A stretch of DNA of 29,328 nt from positions 1 through 29,328 of the IMG/VR virus record IMGVR_UViG_3300032295_002282, one strand, 5' to 3'. Below the pieces are notes generated by a model that saw only the letters and a program-made list of their open reading frames with translations, was not told the origin of the DNA and ran no database searches. Positions 8,166 to 17,767 of the stretch are shown here, in pieces. Origin of the DNA: a virus (lineage: Duplodnaviria > Caudoviricetes). Both the position numbers and the translations under genes were made by a program. How positions within the stretch are numbered: position 1 is the stretch's first letter; each line of letters begins with the position of its first letter.

Positions 8166-10286
8166 TTAACAATTTGATATTACTGATGATGGATCTATAG
8201 TTATATTTACATTTGGAGGTAATATTGCTGAACCTGTTGGAATACAATTAATTGTTGTAATACTAGGATTACAAGTAAATCCACAATTCTGATAATCTAA
8301 ATAGTAATAATCATAATCAGCGGTATTTGAACCATAAGGAATATACACATATTGAGTATAAGTACTTGTACCACCACATCCAAAAACAACGTCATAATTA
8401 ATAGGAATATAGAAATCACCATATGTGTTTGTAATAGGTGTACCTCCAATATTTAATGATACTGTTGTTCTATATAATGCATTGTTATAGAAAGAACCAT
8501 TAGCATTACAAAAATAATTTTGTGTTAAAAGGAGACCATCATCAACTTTTACCCTAATTGTTGTTGTACCAAGTGAACCTGATAAGCCAGTACCATTTAA
8601 ATAAGAAATGGGAGCAGAGGCAAATGTTGAAATAACATTATATTCACCTGATGAAAAGTCATTGGTTGTATCTGTATAAAACGATCTACCATAATCTCTA
8701 TTGTTTCTAGATTTGAATTGTCCTGATATGTAATCTGAATCTTGTTTATCACCAAATGATAATTTATTAACAGCTAAACTATTAGCAGGAATTACTTCTA
8801 ATCCCTGATTTAAATCAACATATTCATTTATATTTAGTATTTCACCTTGTTTATACCAATCATTAAATTCTTCAATTATAAAATTATTTAGATTCGTTTT
8901 ATCAGGATAAATTACTAAGTTGAATTTACGTTGGATACCTTTAATGAAATCAATTAATTTGATTCCATCTGTACCTCTTGGCATATTATAAGGTACATTA
9001 AAAACCCTACCATCTGCTGCTTGCATTACTTTAGTAACTTCAAGTGTTGATTTAGGTTCATTATCAGGATCAAGTATAACTTGGAAGTTTGAACCTCCTG
9101 AATTACTATATCTTAATCCAAATTGAAATGTACTACCCGTAGCAACTTGTGCTGTAATAAACTCAGTTTCTAAAGTAAACTTTTCTGTTTTGGTAGATTG
9201 TGAATTATATGTTTGAACATCTAACAAATAATTGTTAATGTTAACTAATGTAGTTGTACTAGGACCATATACAAGACTAAATTGTGGAATACCATTTCCA
9301 GCACCTGTACTTTTAACTTCAAAATATAATTTAAGATTACCTCTTAAACGTGATGCTGCAGCATTTGGTGATGCTGACATTGTATAATACAAACTAGGTG
9401 CGATAGCACCTGATGGATTAGATTGAATGTTATACCAAGGTAAAACAAGATCTGTACCAGCACTCATTGTTACATTTGATAATCCACTTCCACTTAAAGC
9501 AGCTATTTTGAATTGACCAAATGTTTCCAAGCTACCACTTACATAATCAGGATATTTTAGTCCTTTATTTAATACCATATAAACATTATCTAACCAACTT
9601 TGGGTAAAGAAGTTAGATGTATAAGTGTATCCTGCATAATCAAATATTGCATCAAATACCTCTTTCACTCTAATTGATGGCTTCCAATCTTGAACTGCCA
9701 TAGCACCTTCATCACTATCAATACCAAAGAAATTTTCTTCTGGAGTGTATGATAAACGCTGACCATAATCAGCAAATGGGTAAACTATTGAACCACTGAA
9801 TAAATTATAATTCCAAGATTCTTTAATATTATCCCAAGATGAGGTATGATTAAATTGAGATAATGAAGATAAATCTTCTAAATAAGCTGTATTTAAATCT
9901 CTAGCAAATTTATTTAATGTACCAAATATAGTTACCTCCCAATAATCAACTATTTCTTGGTCTATCATTACAATTTTATTCAATTGTAAGTAACCTTCTA
10001 ATATAGCTAAACCATCATAATCAATGTAACAAGGTACTTTAGCATTAGTACTAAATAAATAAGGTTCATCAATTGAAATATCATACGCGTGTTGAAAAAA
10101 CGTATTATTTTTATTTGTACCTGGTAATTGAAATGTACGAGATAAAGCATATGGAATTTGATCCACCTCAGTTACCTCAGTTAGGTTATTTGATATAAGC
10201 AAATCCTCATCTTTAAAAGTATCTAAAATGATACTTCCAGAATATGGGATATAATTTGCAACTAGTTTATACTGGGATACTAACAT
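8166..10286 (-). CDS. Tail hub or minor tail protein
   Basis: 706 aa. N-terminal LD...D...SRTFQLPGT.KNN.FF motif and later DFIKGIQRKFNL motif, typical of siphovirus tail-tip proteins. Position in the tail module. Confidence 0.7.
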   Translation of the reverse strand: MLVSQYKLVANYIPYSGSIILDTFKDEDLLISNNLTEVTEVDQIPYALSRTFQLPGTNKNNTFFQHAYDISIDEPYLFSTNAKVPCYIDYDGLAILEGYLQLNKIVMIDQEIVDYWEVTIFGTLNKFARDLNTAYLEDLSSLSQFNHTSSWDNIKESWNYNLFSGSIVYPFADYGQRLSYTPEENFFGIDSDEGAMAVQDWKPSIRVKEVFDAIFDYAGYTYTSNFFTQSWLDNVYMVLNKGLKYPDYVSGSLETFGQFKIAALSGSGLSNVTMSAGTDLVLPWYNIQSNPSGAIAPSLYYTMSASPNAAASRLRGNLKLYFEVKSTGAGNGIPQFSLVYGPSTTTLVNINNYLLDVQTYNSQSTKTEKFTLETEFITAQVATGSTFQFGLRYSNSGGSNFQVILDPDNEPKSTLEVTKVMQAADGRVFNVPYNMPRGTDGIKLIDFIKGIQRKFNLVIYPDKTNLNNFIIEEFNDWYKQGEILNINEYVDLNQGLEVIPANSLAVNKLSFGDKQDSDYISGQFKSRNNRDYGRSFYTDTTNDFSSGEYNVISTFASAPISYLNGTGLSGSLGTTTIRVKVDDGLLLTQNYFCNANGSFYNNALYRTTVSLNIGGTPITNTYGDFYIPINYDVVFGCGGTSTYTQYVYIPYGSNTADYDYYYLDYQNCGFTCNPSITTINCIPTGSAILPPNVNITIDPSSVISNC

Positions 10287-11497
10287 TATAATATTAATTT
10301 GTAGCTTCTACCTAATGTAAATTCAATAGTATAGTTAATAAGCTTATCATTTACGTGTGTCTTGAATCTAATACTCTTTGTTTTGATAATCAAAGGAATT
10401 ATTGTATTATTGTTTGGTACCCAATAAACTTCATCACTAACAAGTAATTGTTTAATCCACTCGTTATATGATTCAGGAATAAAAGTAGTATTTACTTCTA
10501 AATTCTCTTCGGTATCAACGTAATATCTTTTTCTTAAAGTAGAATAATTAGCTATATTTAAAGCTGTACTTTCCCAAGTACCAAGTTGTGGTTGGTATGT
10601 ATTTTCACTAACACTAAAGTCTTCATAATGTGCTTTAGGGAATGTTATATAATCAAATTGTCCAAATTGGTTTTTGAACTTGATTACTACAGGAGTATAC
10701 TTACATTCATCAACAACGTCAAATCTAACTGATGCTGATGGAATGTTTACACCACCATTTTTAATTTGAACAGTATAATAGGCTGTATTACTGGTAATAA
10801 AACCAGGATATAATAAATTTAATACATTTATACCACTTGCTACTTGAGTTACTGAACCAGTAGTTGAACCTGTAACGTTAGTTGATGTCCAACTATCATT
10901 TTGTGTTCTAGTAGTACCATCATAGTCTACAGCAGTATAAGTTACGCCATTAGATGAATTATAGAAATTCAATACTGACATTAAACCATAGTTCCCTGTG
11001 CCACCACAATACTCACAAATGTAAGATGATTGAGTTGCAGGTGCTGATGACATAATAGGCCATAATGCAGTTTCACTATTTGCAGGTTCACCTATATAAG
11101 ATGAACTATTAAATAACTGATATCCATCAATTGCTTGATTAATAGATGAAGTTACATCTGAACCAGTTACGTATGAGTTTGTAGATCCTGTATAATAAAT
11201 GTAGTTAGCATAAACTTTGTAATTATACATTTGATGATAATCCTGTTCAGCACCAACAAATAAAGATCCAATTATCTTGGATATATCGAATATGCCTCTC
11301 GCAGATGCGTTAGGATATTTTTGTAGCACATAATTAAAGGCAGCTGGTTCTTGAGCAAATGAACCTGTCCAATATTTTAATTTTAGTACGTATTGATACT
11401 GATCTTTAGATACATTAGTTGTATCAAGTACAGTAAATACCATTGGAGATTCCGCTAACGATAATGAAGGCGGAGTCTGTGTAAATGTATAAGCCAT
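10286..11497 (-). CDS. Putative distal tail or baseplate protein
   Basis: 403 aa. C-terminal ECKYTP..IKFKNQFG.FD...LEVNT.FI.E....IKQLLVSDEVYW motif. Directly upstream of the hub gene with TAATG coupling. Confidence 0.6.
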   Translation of the reverse strand: MAYTFTQTPPSLSLAESPMVFTVLDTTNVSKDQYQYVLKLKYWTGSFAQEPAAFNYVLQKYPNASARGIFDISKIIGSLFVGAEQDYHQMYNYKVYANYIYYTGSTNSYVTGSDVTSSINQAIDGYQLFNSSSYIGEPANSETALWPIMSSAPATQSSYICEYCGGTGNYGLMSVLNFYNSSNGVTYTAVDYDGTTRTQNDSWTSTNVTGSTTGSVTQVASGINVLNLLYPGFITSNTAYYTVQIKNGGVNIPSASVRFDVVDECKYTPVVIKFKNQFGQFDYITFPKAHYEDFSVSENTYQPQLGTWESTALNIANYSTLRKRYYVDTEENLEVNTTFIPESYNEWIKQLLVSDEVYWVPNNNTIIPLIIKTKSIRFKTHVNDKLINYTIEFTLGRSYKLIL

Positions 11498-11510
11498 TCA
11501 ACATTTTGGT

Positions 11511-11518
11511 ATATAACC
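11511..11518 (-). promoter_or_regulatory. Putative late promoter element GGTTATAT
   Basis: Intergenic, 13 nt before ATG 11497. Recurrent motif. Confidence 0.6.
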
Positions 11519-11536
11519 CAAAATTCGGCTTTTATG

Positions 11537-11878
11537 TTACTGAAACTGATCTAGTTGCTTAATTATATCTTCTACCATGCTTTCTGCCCAAGCTTCACCA
11601 ATTTTATCTAAATTGGCAGCTAATGCTTCTTCAATAAATGGATCAGGAGCAGCAGTGCCGTGACCTGAGGCTATAAATGGATAATAATCTTCAGCAGCAA
11701 TTCCATAACCTTCTTCTAATTGAATTAATTGTATTGAATCACGAAGTTGTCCTGTAACTACAGGAGCTAATGCTTTAGCTTCTCTAACTGTTTGCTCGAG
11801 AGCAAGACGTAATTGTACATCACGTCTAGCTACTTCTGCTTTATTCGGTTTTGATATGGGGTTGTTTCCTTTAGGCAT
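11537..11878 (-). CDS. HK97 gp10-like tail completion component
   Basis: AKALAPVVTGQLRDSI...Y..FI..GHG....PDPFI pattern. Confidence 0.75.
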   Translation of the reverse strand: MPKGNNPISKPNKAEVARRDVQLRLALEQTVREAKALAPVVTGQLRDSIQLIQLEEGYGIAAEDYYPFIASGHGTAAPDPFIEEALAANLDKIGEAWAESMVEDIIKQLDQFQ

Positions 11879-12381
11879 TATTCATTTACAATACAAGCGT
11901 TAGTATTATTGAACTGAGTTAATGTGAAGTTAAATTCATATCCACATAATCCATTATCCATTCTTCTATCAAATGGGGTACCTGTGACTGCATTAACATC
12001 ATATAGTTCTTTGCGCTTGCGAATGTAAGAAACAATGTCTGTACCTACTCCAAATCCAGTATTCCAAATATCAATTAAGTTATCTTCACGATTGAAACCA
12101 GGTGAGTAGTTTTGTACTTCACCTGTTGTAGAATTATCGATAATTACTTTTCTATCAGCAAATATCATTCTAACATTATGAGTAGTAGTTTTTTCGTTTA
12201 CTGTTGAATTTGTAATATAAAATTGAACGTAAGGAAAAATAGACTGTTTAGCAGAATCAAATTCATAAATGTCTCCAAAAAATACAGATGCGACATTGGG
12301 ATGGCTACTTGCTAATTCATACAGCAAAGTAGTCATTTGATAAATCGATGTATTTGGGTTTGTAAGAACTAAAGTAGCCAT
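11878..12381 (-). CDS. Putative tail terminator or completion protein
   Basis: 167 aa with FFGDI...IFPYV and PF..R.DN.LCG motifs. Located among the neck genes. Confidence 0.6.
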   Translation of the reverse strand: MATLVLTNPNTSIYQMTTLLYELASSHPNVASVFFGDIYEFDSAKQSIFPYVQFYITNSTVNEKTTTHNVRMIFADRKVIIDNSTTGEVQNYSPGFNREDNLIDIWNTGFGVGTDIVSYIRKRKELYDVNAVTGTPFDRRMDNGLCGYEFNFTLTQFNNTNACIVNE

Positions 12382-12382
12382 T

Positions 12383-12535
12383 TTAATAGAATCTTGATTT
12401 CTTGTTATTAGATAATGTTGATTTGTTGGTTTCGTTTTTAGAAACGTTTCTATCTGTGTTTTTAGTCATTCCTAAATACACTGATAACAAACTAACATTT
12501 TTACTTTTTGGTTTGTATATTTTTTTCTTTGTCAT
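12383..12535 (-). CDS. Small basic hypothetical protein (50 aa, start revised to 12535)
   Basis: ATG overlaps the upstream stop (TAATG). Begins MTKKKIYKPKSKNVSLLSVYL. Confidence 0.6.
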   Translation of the reverse strand: MTKKKIYKPKSKNVSLLSVYLGMTKNTDRNVSKNETNKSTLSNNKKSRFY

Positions 12536-13056
12536 TATACGTGAATACCAGCTGTGTATGACCAACCTTGGTTAGGATAAACGTTGTCTATTTTACCATT
12601 GGATAGATAATATTCAGGATACAAGTTAGGATATGATAAAAGATATGTTAATAATCTTTCTTGATAGAATTGAGCTGATTGAAGTGACTTTTCAACTAAA
12701 TAATCTATTTCATTCTTACTTGGTAATACTGATTGTTCACTCAAGTGACGTTGTACACCCGTATTAGAAATGTTATAAGAAAGGAACGGTAATGATTCTA
12801 CAACTGTATAGTAAACTAGACAATCAGTTATATAGTCATCTAATAACGTTTTATATGCAGCGTTAGCTACATCGTTTACTGTTCCTGCAACAATTATTGC
12901 TTCTAATTTTTGAAACAATACAGTACCCAAAACAGGTAGAATATACTTGTCTTGAGCAGTTTTCATAAACGGTACTAATTTATCTGGATCAATGTTACCG
13001 CCATATGGGGTGCGTTTAGTAACATCATCTCTCTTTATGAATAAAATGTTTAACAT
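12535..13056 (-). CDS. Putative head-tail connector or adaptor
   Basis: 173 aa directly after the portal gene, GNID.DKL.P...AQD..I.PVLGT.L motif. Confidence 0.65.
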   Translation of the reverse strand: MLNILFIKRDDVTKRTPYGGNIDPDKLVPFMKTAQDKYILPVLGTVLFQKLEAIIVAGTVNDVANAAYKTLLDDYITDCLVYYTVVESLPFLSYNISNTGVQRHLSEQSVLPSKNEIDYLVEKSLQSAQFYQERLLTYLLSYPNLYPEYYLSNGKIDNVYPNQGWSYTAGIHV

Positions 13057-13063
13057 TTCTTAT

Positions 13064-14425
13064 TTATTTTATTACTTCGTATTCTAATTTTGTTTCTGCA
13101 GTCATGGCAAATGGTCTATTACCATAATCACTCGGTGATGTATAACCATCAATTACTCTTCCTTGGTTGTCATCACCTACTGGGTTATCATCATTATCAT
13201 CTAAATCAGGTAATTCACTAATTTGTCTTGCTGACTCATCTTGTTGTTCACCTTCTTGTGATTCAACAATATTTCTATTTACTGCATTATCACCAATTTG
13301 TTCTTGCATATCAGCAATGAAACCTAAAGGCATTAATGGATCAAAATACAATTGAGCCTCAGTTACACCATTGTAATAGAAGATATCTTCAATTGCATCA
13401 ATTATTTGTTGCTGGAATGGAGCAACTACCATTGATTGGAATATTTCAAAACCAACTCTCATTTCATCAGCATTTGAGCTGAATCCTTGACCACGCTCAC
13501 GTAAACCAAATAACAATGGAGTAGTAATTCTATGTGCTACCATTATTCTACGAGCTGCTTCTTCAGATAAAAACTGATATTTGTCGTGTAAGTTTTCTAC
13601 TTGTAAAGCATCAATTGTTGTAGCACTATCTTTATTATCATTAAAGTTCATTACAAACTTACCTGCATTTGATGAACCAACAAATTTTTGTTTTAATGCT
13701 GCTTCTAATTGTTCTCTTTCTTCAATTGGTGGAATACCATTGTTGAAATTGATCATAGTAAGTGGCATAAAACCATTTAATATATTGTTGATGTGTAAAT
13801 TTGATAATTCACTCTCAACTGAGGTATATTGTAATGCAGCATACCAATCAGGTAATCCATAATAAAATTTACCTGGTTTATATGGTTTAATGTAGTAAAT
13901 TTCAGTTGTAGGAATACCTTCACTCTTAGTGTATGCAGGTATTTCTTCGTATACTATTTTTTTAGCACTCCAATCAGGTGAGTAGTAATAACAATCGATT
14001 TCACCTCTGATATTTACTTTTCCTGAACGTAATGTTTGAACTGGTACGTGTACTATTTCTTCTATACTAGAACCATCTTCAGAATATATAAGTTGAAACG
14101 CTGCGTTACCATAAAGTTTAAGATCAAAAATAGCTTTATTCAAATCTTTATCTGCTAATAAGTTGTAAATCATAGTATCCACATTTGGATCTTTTGATTT
14201 CAAACCCTTACCAAATATTAAATTTGAAGTTGCATCTACGCAAGCAGCATTGGTAGTTGATGTTTCATACTTTTCAGTAATTACACCAAAGAAATCATCT
14301 GTATTATAGATGCCATACTCAACCCAAGGCGTTCTTTTACCACTAGCACTTTGCTCACTAACTTTTGGTTGTATGTAGTTAGTTAAGTTAACTACTGATA
14401 TAAAGTTTTTATTTGATTGATTCAT
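13064..14425 (-). CDS. Portal protein
   Basis: 453 aa with DLKLYGNA, YYGLPDW, NGFMP, F.GSSNAGK and IMVAHRIT.P.LFG motifs, plus an acidic C-terminal tail. Confidence 0.9.
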   Translation of the reverse strand: MNQSNKNFISVVNLTNYIQPKVSEQSASGKRTPWVEYGIYNTDDFFGVITEKYETSTTNAACVDATSNLIFGKGLKSKDPNVDTMIYNLLADKDLNKAIFDLKLYGNAAFQLIYSEDGSSIEEIVHVPVQTLRSGKVNIRGEIDCYYYSPDWSAKKIVYEEIPAYTKSEGIPTTEIYYIKPYKPGKFYYGLPDWYAALQYTSVESELSNLHINNILNGFMPLTMINFNNGIPPIEEREQLEAALKQKFVGSSNAGKFVMNFNDNKDSATTIDALQVENLHDKYQFLSEEAARRIMVAHRITTPLLFGLRERGQGFSSNADEMRVGFEIFQSMVVAPFQQQIIDAIEDIFYYNGVTEAQLYFDPLMPLGFIADMQEQIGDNAVNRNIVESQEGEQQDESARQISELPDLDDNDDNPVGDDNQGRVIDGYTSPSDYGNRPFAMTAETKLEYEVIK

Positions 14426-14429
14426 AAAC

Positions 14430-14786
14430 TTAATAAATTATATATTCGTTGTTTGATCCTGTATATGTTATAAAGTCTGGAGTTGATGCTGTATATGCTG
14501 AAGCACTTGAGTACAACATTTCGCCTGAATATAGTTCTTGTATTTCAGTCGACCCTGACATTTGAAATAATTGCATATAGTAAAACCCATCATTTGTTAA
14601 ATTGAATGATGCTGTAACAGTCAGAAAATCAGCACTATTAAAAGATGCAGTAGGAATAATCGATGATGTCACATTAGTGTCTTCATTTACTAATTTGATC
14701 TTGTAAGACACAGGTGACACTGATGATGTTTCTCTTACTCTAATAGCAAATGATTGAGAAGATGTTACTGGTTGAATTACTATCAT
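14430..14786 (-). CDS. Putative virion structural protein
   Basis: 118 aa, beta-rich and S/T-rich. Lies between the tail tube and portal genes and is preceded by the late-promoter motif. Confidence 0.6.
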   Translation of the reverse strand: MIVIQPVTSSQSFAIRVRETSSVSPVSYKIKLVNEDTNVTSSIIPTASFNSADFLTVTASFNLTNDGFYYMQLFQMSGSTEIQELYSGEMLYSSASAYTASTPDFITYTGSNNEYIIY

Positions 14787-14790
14787 AATG

Positions 14791-14798
14791 ATATAACC
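14791..14798 (-). promoter_or_regulatory. Putative late promoter element GGTTATAT
   Basis: Just downstream of the terminators, 4 nt before ATG 14786. Confidence 0.65.
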
Positions 14799-14818
14799 AC
14801 AAATTGATGATTTAGTCT

Positions 14819-14851
14819 AAAAAAAGGGACCACTGTAGAGAACAGCGGTCC
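14819..14851 (-). terminator. Intrinsic terminator
   Basis: Minus-strand GGACCGCUGU-UCUCU-ACAGUGGUCC followed by C and a U7 tract. The G-U pair works only on the minus strand. Confidence 0.8.
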
Positions 14852-14907
14852 GATTAGATAAAATATACTATATGCCGTGGCTGAATACGGCAAAAATAAA
14901 TATATGA

Positions 14908-14940
14908 CAAAGAAATAGGCCATCCAAAAAGGATGACCTA
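14908..14940 (-). terminator. Intrinsic terminator after the tail tube gene
   Basis: Minus-strand UAGGUCAUCC-UUUUU-GGAUGGCCUA followed by UUUCUUUG. Confidence 0.75.
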
Positions 14941-14992
14941 AATCTTAGTAAACACTGTAAATGGGATATATATAAAAACTCCCTAGTTATAA

Positions 14993-15544
14993 TTAGCTGT
15001 TAGAGCCAGTCACAACTGTAGGAGCATTAGTAATAGTACCAAATGGAAGAGATACAGTTGCACCTGAAACGTAGTTTGCAGGTAAAGCCTCTAATCCAGT
15101 AAACGTCAAGCTATATCCGTACTTATCACCTAATGAAGCACCAGTTTCAGTAATTGTACCTTCAGTTACATCAGCACCGTGTACACGTCCTACTAATAAT
15201 GTTTGACCATTATTTGTTTGAACGAATATTTGTGGTCTACCATAAGCTAACAATTTAAGTTGTTTAGTTGTAGTAGCATCTAATGATTTAAGGTTCAATA
15301 CTAATACTTGTGAAAAAGCAGTAGTACCATTATCTCTTGAGGTTACGATGGTTTCAGTGTAGGTAGAGTTGCCTTTTAAAGCATACTTGTAAACAGTTGA
15401 ACCAGTTAACCAGGCAGTTACTTGATCATCAGAATTTAAAGAACCAGTAGCACTAGAGTTATAGTTCTGAAAATAAACTGCGAGCAAACCACCAACCGAA
15501 TCTTTACAAGGTTCATTACGACCTAAAGTAATATCGCAAGCCAT
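14993..15544 (-). CDS. Putative major tail tube protein
   Basis: 183 aa directly after the capsid gene and followed by terminators. MACDIT.GR..PCKDSVGG...SRDNGT...GD..GYSLTF.G.E motifs. Confidence 0.7.
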   Translation of the reverse strand: MACDITLGRNEPCKDSVGGLLAVYFQNYNSSATGSLNSDDQVTAWLTGSTVYKYALKGNSTYTETIVTSRDNGTTAFSQVLVLNLKSLDATTTKQLKLLAYGRPQIFVQTNNGQTLLVGRVHGADVTEGTITETGASLGDKYGYSLTFTGLEALPANYVSGATVSLPFGTITNAPTVVTGSNS

Positions 15545-15631
15545 ATTTTAATAATTTAATTTGTTTTTTTAAAAAAAATGAGGTTTTGTTTTTAGGAGGG
15601 TAACCACCAACCATCCATTATTTTATGCTAA

Positions 15632-16573
15632 TTAGCAGTTCTTGTAAAGTACAATGTCTGAACCAACACCAAACTGAACACCAGCTGAGTAGCGCATTAC
15701 AAAGCGTACATTCTGAGAACCATCTAAATCACTCATATCTAATACTCTTACTTCGTTGAAATCACTCTTAAGAGCAGTACCGAAGAATAAGTTAGATTTT
15801 TGAGCAGCTACCATAGTGTTAGAAGCTAAACCAGGGCAGTATTGAAGAGGTATGCCTAAGAAATCTAATGGCTTACCACCTACATAAGCACCAAATTGGT
15901 AGTTAGCAGTACCTAATGCGAAAGCATAAGCTTTAACTACGTTAGCAGGTACATAGATGCTTAAATCTTCTTTACCATATACTGCAGAAGGAATAGAGTT
16001 AACTACAGATTGTAATTGGTTGATTACAGAAGCTGAAGTAACTGCAGAAGCTGAAACGATCAATGGACCATTAGCTGAACCTGAAGCAGCACATAATTGA
16101 GTTACGATACCATCAAACTGACCTACTGATGCGTTAGCACCTTGCCAGATGTTAGTTTCGTTTTGTTGAGCAACTTGCTGAGCAACATATCCGATTACGA
16201 AATCAGAGAATGAAGTAGGCAAAGTGTCATTTAATACTGAAGGAGCCATCATAGTAGCTTCCCAAGTTTGACGTAATTGTTTTTTACACAATTGTAAGTT
16301 AACTTGAAATTCTTCAGTTGTTAATACTCTCTCGTCGATTGACATAGAGGCAGGAGTAGCATTACCGAAATCACAAGCAGCGTTACCAATCAAGTTAGAG
16401 AAGTCAAACTTCTGAATAACTTCTTTGTAACGTACGTTAGGAAGTACAGTAATCAACTCTTTATCGATTGTTGGTGAGCTGAAAAGCGCAGCAGCGATGT
16501 ATTTACCAGCAAATTCACCTGCATAGGTGTTGTTGGTTAACGTAGGCTGTTGTAAAAATACGTTCTTATTCAT
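15632..16573 (-). CDS. Major capsid protein
   Basis: 313 aa downstream of the scaffold gene. TYAGEFAGKYI, NLQLCK, IWQG, FDG and LDGSQNVR motifs, with codon bias suggesting high expression. Confidence 0.88.
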   Translation of the reverse strand: MNKNVFLQQPTLTNNTYAGEFAGKYIAAALFSSPTIDKELITVLPNVRYKEVIQKFDFSNLIGNAACDFGNATPASMSIDERVLTTEEFQVNLQLCKKQLRQTWEATMMAPSVLNDTLPTSFSDFVIGYVAQQVAQQNETNIWQGANASVGQFDGIVTQLCAASGSANGPLIVSASAVTSASVINQLQSVVNSIPSAVYGKEDLSIYVPANVVKAYAFALGTANYQFGAYVGGKPLDFLGIPLQYCPGLASNTMVAAQKSNLFFGTALKSDFNEVRVLDMSDLDGSQNVRFVMRYSAGVQFGVGSDIVLYKNC

Positions 16574-16610
16574 TTTAATAAGTTTTTAAAAATTTATTTT
16601 AGTTAATTAA

Positions 16611-17366
16611 TTAAAACTCACTCATCTTGCGGAATACGCGTTGCTGAGTAGTTTCAAATTCTGATTTGTTGTTATAAAATTCGTTGTAAGAAGGTTTAGC
16701 AGCTTCAGGAGCACCAGTTAATTTACGTGCAGAAGACATTTTAACTTCTTTACCAGGTACTTTAGTTTCAGGTACAGTTACCATCTTCTCTTCGCTACCC
16801 ATTTCTGTTTCATCACCTTTTTCTTTAGTCAATGAAGCAAATGCTTTAGTTAATTCTTCAATCGCTTTCTTGATGTCTTCGATTTCAGCTTTAGTTGCAT
16901 ACTTTTCTTCAGGGCCTAAATCTTTTAGAGGTTCGGCCATTTCTTCTTTTTCAGGAGATTTGGTTTCAGGAACCATTGCTTTCTCCTCCATAGATTTTAA
17001 TTCCATAGTTTCGGTTTTTTCTGATTGTGTTTTGTTTGTGATTGCTTTAGTCTCTTTAAGTTGTTTAATCTGAAGTGACTCAATCTTATTGCCGTCGATT
17101 TTTAAGGCATACTTTGTAGGACCACCTTGTGATAAACCATCAGCTGTATCTTCAATTACAATGTCGTATTCACCATCAATAAGAGGTTTTTTAGTACCAT
17201 CTTCTGAGATAACAAATACAGGAACACCGATTTTCCATTCAGATACTTCTAAGATATCGTTGTCAGGAAGCAAAGAACCATACACAACATCGCGTGTAAG
17301 TTCAACTTCTTTTGCATCGATTGATAACAAAGTAAAGATTTTATTCAAAAGTATTTTTGAATCCAT
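16611..17366 (-). CDS. Putative capsid scaffolding protein
   Basis: 251 aa immediately upstream of the capsid gene. Charged coiled-coil C-terminal half ending RVFRKMSEF. Confidence 0.7.
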   Translation of the reverse strand: MDSKILLNKIFTLLSIDAKEVELTRDVVYGSLLPDNDILEVSEWKIGVPVFVISEDGTKKPLIDGEYDIVIEDTADGLSQGGPTKYALKIDGNKIESLQIKQLKETKAITNKTQSEKTETMELKSMEEKAMVPETKSPEKEEMAEPLKDLGPEEKYATKAEIEDIKKAIEELTKAFASLTKEKGDETEMGSEEKMVTVPETKVPGKEVKMSSARKLTGAPEAAKPSYNEFYNNKSEFETTQQRVFRKMSEF

Positions 17367-17386
17367 ATCTAATTTATTTTGTGATT

Positions 17387-17394
17387 ATATAACA
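17387..17394 (-). promoter_or_regulatory. Putative late promoter element TGTTATAT (variant)
   Basis: Intergenic, 20 nt before the scaffold ATG. Confidence 0.5.
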
Positions 17395-17400
17395 ATATCG

Positions 17401-17640
17401 TTATTTCTTATTTGAGAGGTTTTTGCGTTTCATGCCCATACCACCTGAATAAGTATTTCCAGTAAAGCTTGGTTGACTAAACTTCATTAATGCCTTTTTA
17501 AAAGCATAATCCTCTAAATTTATTTGTTGATAGCAAATTGCAGCAGCTTGTTGCTGATCATATTCGCCTGCTAATTCAGCAATACACTCACTTATGAATG
17601 TATCTTCTGATTGGCCTTGTTTACGTTGTGGAATTGGCAT
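17401..17640 (-). CDS. Small head-region protein (79 aa, start revised to 17640)
   Basis: MPIP...E/D.FIS.C....EY...QAAAICY motif. The ATG lies 1 nt after the stop of the upstream 41-aa ORF. Confidence 0.7.
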   Translation of the reverse strand: MPIPQRKQGQSEDTFISECIAELAGEYDQQQAAAICYQQINLEDYAFKKALMKFSQPSFTGNTYSGGMGMKRKNLSNKK

Positions 17641-17641
17641 A

Positions 17642-17767
17642 TTAATGTTTTTTACCTTGTCCTCTATATATTTTAGTAGGCGCATCTTTGGGGCCGCTAG
17701 TTTTTCTAGCTTTACCGCCCTTGCGCTTACCGAATGTTAATTTATTTGAATTTACTGTCTTTGCCAT
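17642..17767 (-). CDS. Small highly basic peptide with C-terminal YRGQG motif (41 aa, not in the ORF track)
   Basis: MAKTVNSNKLTFGKRKGGKARKTSGPKDAPTKIYRGQGKKH. TAATG coupling to the upstream gene. Confidence 0.8.
   Translation of the reverse strand: MAKTVNSNKLTFGKRKGGKARKTSGPKDAPTKIYRGQGKKH

Noticed and set aside
5629-8247. Nested minus-strand ORFs 5629..5862, 6976..7161 and 8011..8247
   Set aside because: Out-of-frame overlaps with long tail genes. I noticed no slippery site linking 8011..8247 to either neighbour.
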